A stretch of DNA of 58,635 nucleotides, the filler included, from Jimgerdemannia flammicorona (Eukaryota), in NCBI GenBank assembly GCA_003990765.1. It is 3 parts of 3 records of this genome, joined end to end, with 100 filler letters (N's around TTAATTAATTAA, not from the genome) between each part and the next. Parts side by side here need not be neighbours in the genome. Positions count along the whole stretch, not along the records: positions 39,168 to 58,635 come from RBNJ01001932.1; 2 more parts are not named here. The stretch is one strand, 5' to 3'. Made by a program: the position numbers and the translations under genes. Below the pieces are notes generated by a model. The model ran no database searches. It was not told the origin of the DNA and saw nothing but the letters and a program-made list of their open reading frames with translations. Shown one piece after another: positions 51,701-58,635 of the stretch. Positions within the stretch are counted from its first letter, which is position 1, and each line of letters starts with the position of its first letter.

Positions 51701-54573
51701 TGCCTGGTAGTTGAGGCTGAAAGATGCTGCCAGGGCATACTGGAGTGAGGCTGGCAGAGTGGCTGGAAGACAGAGGAGAGAAAAGAGAAAATGGGCTTCT
51801 GCTAGATTGGTTAGACTTTTGGAGGATTGGGCTGATCTGGTAGTAAGAGAGGGGGGGGAGGACTAGAGAGTAATGTAGGTAAAAATGGAGATTGGGAAAT
51901 TACAACAGATACTGCAGGATGAGGAGGAAACATAAGTGCAAGGTCTGATGGCAAGGTTAAGATGGCAGGGATAGGAGAAAGGAGAAAGGCCTTCAAAGTT
52001 TCTCACAAGAGTCCTTCAGGTGAGGAGGGTGAAGCAGAGATGAGAGGGAGTAGAGGACTCTGATGATCTGCTAGTATATAGTATATAAGACATTCTCGGA
52101 GTTTTGAAGGAGTGATGGAGTGATCTATGGAGTGAGGAGGAGGATGGGGCAGATGATGCCACCATTGACCAAGCTCTGGAGGACTGGCACCCACTGTAAG
52201 CAGAAGGACTGGGCAACTTGATGTCACTAGTTCGGGAGGAGGAGGTTCACCAGGTGCTTGCTACAACCACTTTGAGTACAGCACCCAGGGAGGATGGTCT
52301 GCTCTGGGACTTCTGGAAGAAGATGGTAGGAGTTCCTGGAATACTGGGGGAGTTGACAGCATTGTGTGACCTGATACTATAGTCTGGGAGATGGGTGGGG
52401 GAGCAGGATCTAGAGTTGGTGACATTGATTTTTAAGAACAAAGGGAGAAGGGAGGACTAGAAGAACTGGAGGCTGATTATACTGCTAGATATGGACAGAA
52501 AGTTGGTCACTAAGGTGGTAGTTGCTAGATTGCAGAACATGGCCCAGCAGGTCCTGGGTGAGGAGCAGCATGGCTTTGTAGGAGATTGGCTTATTAGGAA
52601 TAGCATGGCTTGGGTATATGGAGTTATTGAGAGGGCAAGGGCATATAGACTGGATGGTTGACTGATCTTCCTGGATCAGGAAAAGGCATATGACTGTGTT
52701 TGATAGGCCTGGTTGGCAAGAGTACTAGATAGAATCAGTATTCATCCTCAGTTCAGGAAAGTGATGGTCAGCCTACTAGAAAGGAGTAGAGCTGCCCTCA
52801 TTTGCAATGAGCACAGAGGGGTGGCATTTTCCCTGGGCAGGGGAGTACCTCAGGGTGACCCACTATCTCTCATTTTGTATATACTGTCCTTGGAGCCTCT
52901 GATGGATAGGATTTGAAGGAAAATAGTTAGAGTTTCTATCTATAGTATTGGGTGAAAAGTTGGTGCCTTTGTAGATGATATAGTGGTTGGCCCGGGATCA
53001 ATTGAGGATGTCATGGAGCTTAAGAAGACAGTGGAATGATATGAAGTCCACTCTGGAGCTTGACTCAATTGGCACAAGTTTGAAACAATAGTGTTAGGTA
53101 ATGGACTAGTAGGAGGAGACATCATTGGAACAATTGTCCCAGTGGGGGAGGCAGTACAGTACTTGGGCATATATCTGTCAGTCTATGGGTCAGTTCTTCC
53201 AAGACCCTGGTGGGAGCAGAGAATTACAATCTGGGGAGAGGCCTTGCAGAGTTGGGGTGGATGCCACCTGTCTTTGATGGAGTGAGTCTCAATTCTGAAC
53301 ACTTACTGGCTTCCAAAGCTGTGGTATTTGGTATACCACCTGGACTTTCCAGCATAGGTGGTAAAGAGGTTGATGAAACTGGCCAAGGGGTGGATCTGGG
53401 CTGGAAAAAGGAGTCAGATCAATTGGGAAGTCTTGTCTTTATCAGTGGTTAGAGGGGGCCTTGGGCTAGTGGACTTCCTGAAATAACTATTTTGCTTATA
53501 TGCATAGTGGCTGAAGAGGGTGGTAGAGTTGAATGGGGGTAGCTGGGTTCCCCTGATACAGAAGGTCTAGGAGATGATGTTATCACCAAGAGGCTCTACA
53601 GATGATCTACTGTCCTTGGTCAGACTTCAGAATATTGGAAGAATATGATTCAGAGGTTTCTGGTAGGGAGTGGTAGAGGGGGCTCACTGCATTGAAGTCT
53701 GTTGGTGAGAGAATGAAGGAGAGGAGCCATGGGACCCAGCCATGTAGAGATGAAACTAAGTACTACTAGGGGGTGCTCCTCTCATAGGCTTTGATATTAG
53801 CAATAGGGTTGAGTGTCAGTGGAGACCAGGATAGGATCTTTGGCTCAGCAGCTAGCAACTAGCAGGCATTGGAGAGGAGTGGGACTGGAGTAGTATTTGG
53901 GCTTGGAGTGATAGAGTGTGATATTGAATGCTGCCAAAATATTGGGTGGTCTGATAGCAAATGCTAAGGAGGAATGTTATGCTCAACTTCTGATCAGGAC
54001 ATCTTATTGAGGGAGGGAGCTTTGACTGTGAGGAGTGCCACAATGTCAGACAGGAGGGGGGATATATGCAGATGCCTGAATATTGGCTGGAGGAATGTGA
54101 AGTACTGGGTGACTTTTGGTTAGCAGTTGGTAATCAACTAGATGTAGCATGTAGGGTGATGGGGAGCAGGGTCAGTGGGAGGATTTGAGGAATAGATTGG
54201 TAGGGGGGGTGGGAAATGAGTGGCTCACCATAGGGTGGGTATTGGCAGTTTGGATAGGGTTAGCAGGCCACTGGTTATTTGTTTTTGAGGAGGGGAGGAG
54301 TTTGAGTTTGGGGGTGCAGATATTGCAGTGGCAGGGGCTGATGGAGGATATAATGACAGGTTGGTGGCATGGTTGGAGTATGCAGGGTGGTCAGAGGTGT
54401 CAGTTGGTGGAGAAAATTTGCCAGAGGAGCAGGGGGAGGTTGAGGGTAGTGGATGGGAGAGTAGTATTTGTACAGGAGGGTTTGGGGAGGGGACCCACCC
54501 ATGGGGATTGAGTAGTATGGGGGGTTCATGTAATTATCAATAGACTAGTAATAAATGGAGAAGTCCATGTAAC

Positions 54574-54620
<47 letters not shown>
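48708..54620 (+). mobile_element. Inner full-length L1/Tx1-like LINE (ORF1 about 48794-50827, ORF2 about 50859-54511), inserted between Gypsy RNase H and integrase
   Basis: 5' end homologous to the copy ending at 30220; APE, RT and CCHC motifs; long poly-A ending at 54620; TSD aaggaatt(c/t)aag at 48696-48707 and 54619-54630. Confidence 0.95.
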
Positions 54621-54622
<2 letters not shown>

Positions 54623-55829
54623 AATTTAAGTAAAAGTATACCATCAAGGACAACCTCATATACTATCAAGACAAAGTATACATTCCTATCAACCTTGAAC
54701 TATGGTACAAGATTCTTCATGAATATCATGACTCTCCACTAGCTGGTCACCTTGGAACTGAGAAGACCATCAAGAATATCCAATGAGACTACTACTGGCC
54801 AAACATGCTCAAGGAAATCAAAGAGTATGTCCAAAGCTGTGATCTTTGTCAAAGAAACAAGGCAAGCAACCAAGCACCCACCAGTCTTCTACAACCTCTG
54901 TCAATTCCAACCAAGAAGTTTGAATAAGTCACAATAGAATTCATTGTGCAACTCTCATAAATCAAAACAGACTATGATGCTATTGTTGTGTTTGTAGGCC
55001 ATCTCACCAAGATTATAATTGCTGAGCCAACCACAACCAATGCCACTGCCCCAGAAATTGCAAGAATCTTCTTCAAGACTGTCTTCTGCCATTATGGACT
55101 TCCCCAAGTAATTATCAGCAACCATGACCCCAAGTTCATAAGCCACTTCTGGCAAGCACTCTTCAAGACCCTTGGAACCCAAATTGCTATGTCCACTGCC
55201 TTTCACCCTCAAACTGATAGACAGACTGAGCAAATGAATAGAACACTTGAACAAATGCTCAGAAACTATGTGTCTTATGAGCAAGATAATTGGGACCACT
55301 ATCTGACCTATACCAAGTTTGCCTACAACAATGCTGTCTAATCATCAACTGGTCTTTTCCCATTTCAGCTACTTCACAGTCAAAACCCTGAGACCCTTGC
55401 AAGCCTAGTCCTATTCCAGCAATCCAGTCACACATAAGTCCCCACAGCCCAGAACCTTATCGACAAAATGGATTTTCTTCTCAAGATCGCCACTATGAAC
55501 CTGCAAAAGGCTCAGCAACATCAAGCTAAGTATGCAGATAAGAAGCAGTGAGATGTCATATACAACATTGGAGATATGGTTTTACTCAAAGCTGATAACA
55601 TCAAGGCTCAATCTCAAGTCAACCACCAGTCAGTCAAATTCCAGCCCAAATACCTTGGACCCTTCGAGATCACTGAGCAAGTCTCTACCTGGTCTTACCA
55701 CCTCAACTTGCTAACAACCATGTATATATACCCAGTATTCCATGTGTTACAACTCAAGGCCTGGAATCAGTCATCTCCATACTCTGGCCAAATTCTAACA
55801 CTATCAGTACCAGTCATAGTTGAAGACCA

Positions 55830-55985
55830 CATCGAGTATGAAGTTGAGAAAATCTTAGACAAGTAAGTCTGATACTATCATACAGAATACCTAGTCAAGT
55901 AGATGGGTTACCCTGAATATGACACCACCTGGGAATCTGCTGCCAATCTCAAGAACTCCCAAGACCTCATCCAAGAGTTCAAGTA
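55830..55985 (+). other. Chromodomain at the Gypsy integrase C-terminus
   Basis: EYEVEKILDK...EYLVK*MGYPEYDTTWESAANLKNSQDLIQEF. Confidence 0.9.
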
Positions 55986-56301
55986 AAAAGGAACTCATTA
56001 ACTGCTCATGAGGTTCTCTTCTTAGATAGTAGATGACCTACTGTACTGATCAGGTACATTATACATCAGGGCTCTCTAAGGGATATAGTATCAGAAATAA
56101 GAGATATAGGAGAACTCTATAAATTCTGCAACCAATGAGATTCAAACCAGTTCTCATTCGATCAAGATGATACTTTAGCCCTTACCTTATATAAGGATAA
56201 CCAATCCTTGCCAATGAGTCAATACATTTAATTTGAAGTTTTTTTTAGTCTTATTGTTTGTTATGTGTAACTTTGAGAATTCAATGAGGATGTTGATTCT
56301 T

Positions 56302-56314
56302 AAGGAGGGGGAGA
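56302..56314 (+). promoter_or_regulatory. Polypurine tract
   Basis: AAGGAGGGGGAGA immediately before the 3' LTR. Confidence 0.9.
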
Positions 56315-56719
56315 TGTAACATTTTAGCATAGTTTATTTCTTTTCTCTATCTTTCTTGAATATTCTATAATCTTCTAGCACTTTCTGCATACTTAGAAAT
56401 CCCCTTCTTGGCACTGAGCATTAACTAGTACTTATTTAGCTAGTCATGGAATATCCTGGAAACTTATAGAACTTTATTTGTCATCATTTGTCATCCTTGC
56501 TGAGAACTTTCCTCTTGGTATTTTCCTTTGATTTCTCAGATTCTTCTGGATCCTTCTTTCAGATCTTATATAAATATCCCCTTTGTTCTCATGAATAAAG
56601 TCTCAGAATATTTTCTCCCAGAAATCCTTTGAGAAAACTTAAATTCTCAAGTATCTCTTCAAGCTACTTAGAACTATCAGAACTAGTTGCTTTCTCATTT
56701 AGAAACTAGAACTATTACA
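56315..56719 (+). repeat. 3' LTR (405 bp)
   Basis: tgtaacattttagc...gaactattaca followed by the TSD AAGAG. Confidence 0.96.
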
Positions 56720-57767
56720 AAGAGGGTTCTCAGGGGATTTACTATCTCTAATAGACCTGGGTGGGAGCCATTGGCTTAGGTATAAAGGTTTTTGATAGGG
56801 AGTAGCTAATAGAGCATACTGTATAGGTCTATGCTAGCATAGCAATGAAGGGAAGACACTATGGAGACCTACTATGTGGAGATGAGATAGACTACTTTTG
56901 GGGAGCACTCCACTTATTGAGTTTAATATTAGAGATAGAGTAGAGTATCAGCAGAGACTCAGTCAGGAACTTTGGCCTGGAAGTTAGCAAGTAGTGAGGA
57001 TTGGCAAGGAGTAGGATTGGGAAGAAATCTGGGCATAGAGTGCTGAAGTATAAAGATGGCTTTCTCCCAAGTTCTGGGTAGTATGGTGGCAGATACTACA
57101 GAGAAATATCATGTTGAATTTCTATGCTGGACATTTAGTGAATGGTGGACTACTGGAATATAAGGAGTACTATAATATAGAATAGATTGGAGGATTTGTA
57201 CAGACTCCAGAACATTGACTGGGAGAGTGCAAGGTTCTGGGAGACTTTTAGATAGTGATAGGGGACTGGCTGGATGTAAAGAGGAGACCAGATGAGGAGA
57301 GAGATTGCTGGGAAGATTTGTAAACTAGGTTAGTGGAAGGTGTGGGCAGTAAATGGCTCACTATAGGGTGAGTTTTAGCTATATAGGTAGAGCTAGCTAA
57401 ATATTGGCTCTTTGTTTTTGAGAAGAGATAATAGCTAAATTTGTAGGAGAGGTTGTTGAGATAGGAGGGGTTGATGGGAGATTTGCTAACAGGGTAGTGG
57501 ATTGGATGGGGTCTCCAGGGTGAGCATCATTACCATCTAGTGGAAGAAATTTATAAACAGAGTAGTAAGTGAGTAGAGATGAATAATGACCTAGTAGTCT
57601 TTAATAGAGAGGGTATAGGGAGACAGGAGAGAGGGAGCCTAGGGGGATCAGATAGGGGTAAGATCAGATAGAATTGGGCTCAATATATTATATATTGGAT
57701 AGACAGATATATTAATAAAGAAAGGAGTCCAAGAGACTATAAAAAAAAAAAAAAAAAAAAAAAAAAA

Positions 57768-58635
57768 CTCAATAGCTCTCTTTAATTACTAAGACTAAAG
57801 ACAGTACAACCTCTTTAGAAAGTTCTCCAGACTAATGTCTTCTCTATTAACTGAGATTACCAAGACCTTCTAACTAATCTGACTTCTTCTCTCTATTCAA
57901 ATCTTATTCTTAGTCATCCTCAACAATCTCTTTACTACTTATATAGGAAAGTTCAGATGATATGCTAAATACTAAAACTTTGATATCCAATAGAAATTTA
58001 GAATTGATATCTACTTGATAAAAGAAATATAGCATCCTCTCCAACTTTAAAGGATATCTCTCAAGGAAGCTGAGGAGTATAAAATATATTAGAGCTTATA
58101 GTATAAGAATGATGAGATATATAAAGAAGTTTATAGTATAAAATTACTAGAGTATAATTCTTAGACTATAAAGATTGCCAGAGAGAATACTAGAGAGTAT
58201 AAGGTATAAAGGTCTGAGAATATAGATACTTACAGTATAGGGCTATAAGAATATCAAGATACTTATAATGTAAGTAGTATAAAAGTATCTAAAAATAATC
58301 AAAACAATAGTATCTAAGTGGTTAAGTTTGTATAGAAGCTATATACGTAGCTAATTAGAGTTAGTTATTTTAATAATATCACCTATTTTGATAATATTAT
58401 AACCAATCAAAGTCTTCAAATTTTTATAGGTAAATTTATCTATAGTCTAAAAGTTAAGTATATTTATTTTTAAAAAGAAAAAAATATAATAATTTCTTAG
58501 TTATAGTTTATTTTTTACTTTATTTTTTATATCTTTTCTATCTTTATATAATATTTTAATACTCTTAATTTTTTTTAAATATTAAGACTTTACTGAAAAA
58601 TTTTTGTCTTTTTTTAGTACTTTTTTTTTTTTTTT
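57768..58635. mobile_element. Extremely AT-rich degenerate repeat relic, unclassified
   Basis: Nearly CpG-free, TpA-rich, no ORFs. Confidence 0.4.

Larger units (their letters stand above)
44764..56719 (+). mobile_element. Complete (inactivated) chromoviral Ty3/Gypsy LTR retrotransposon: gag-ZnK-dUTPase-PR-RT-RH-IN-chromodomain; split by a LINE
   Basis: 405-bp LTRs TG...CA; TSD AAGAG (44759-44763 and 56720-56724); KPNTFDG, YFFCHQPGHIATKCP, LINSGA, SPFGSPVLFVKK, VYINDILIF, HDSPLAGHLG..CDLC, FHPQTDRQTE, EYEVEKILDK. Confidence 0.96.
40715..57767 (+). mobile_element. Outer 5'-truncated L1/Tx1-like LINE (about 40715-44763 plus 56720-57767), split by the Gypsy insertion
   Basis: Starts within ORF1 (WDSRVVQLLVKG); ORF2 MNRITKIFSLNVNGL near 42043; GVPQGNPLSP; GAFVDD; the frame FSPR|GSQGDLLSL rejoins across the Gypsy; poly-A at 57741-57767. 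Confidence 0.92.

Overview
Eukaryotic (fungal) genomic scaffold, inferred to be an early-diverging fungus such as Mucoromycota, with two 100-nt assembly gaps. Left part (1-19.5 kb, CpG-containing): the 5' six exons of the 9-1-1 checkpoint clamp gene rad9 on the minus strand, then a cluster of small two-exon plus-strand genes that the ORF track only partly captures. Three of these (6127, 9482, 17011) share a clearly homologous C-terminal domain that I do not recognise. Two more (2959, 11540) have the same gene architecture and weak similarity to each other. Relics resembling a ZNFX1/Upf1-type helicase and an F-box/LRR gene lie among them. Right part (19.6-35.1 kb and 40.7-58.6 kb): CpG-depleted nested transposons. 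These include five copies of one L1/Tx1-like LINE family, a Copia relic split by a LINE, Gypsy fragments, and a complete chromoviral Ty3/Gypsy element (405-bp LTRs, 5-bp TSD) that encodes a dUTPase between gag and protease. That element sits inside one LINE and is itself split by another. The repeats show almost exclusively C-to-T/G-to-A hypermutation at CpG and also non-CpG sites (RIP-like). All calls come from reading and hand-translating the sequence; no database searches were run.
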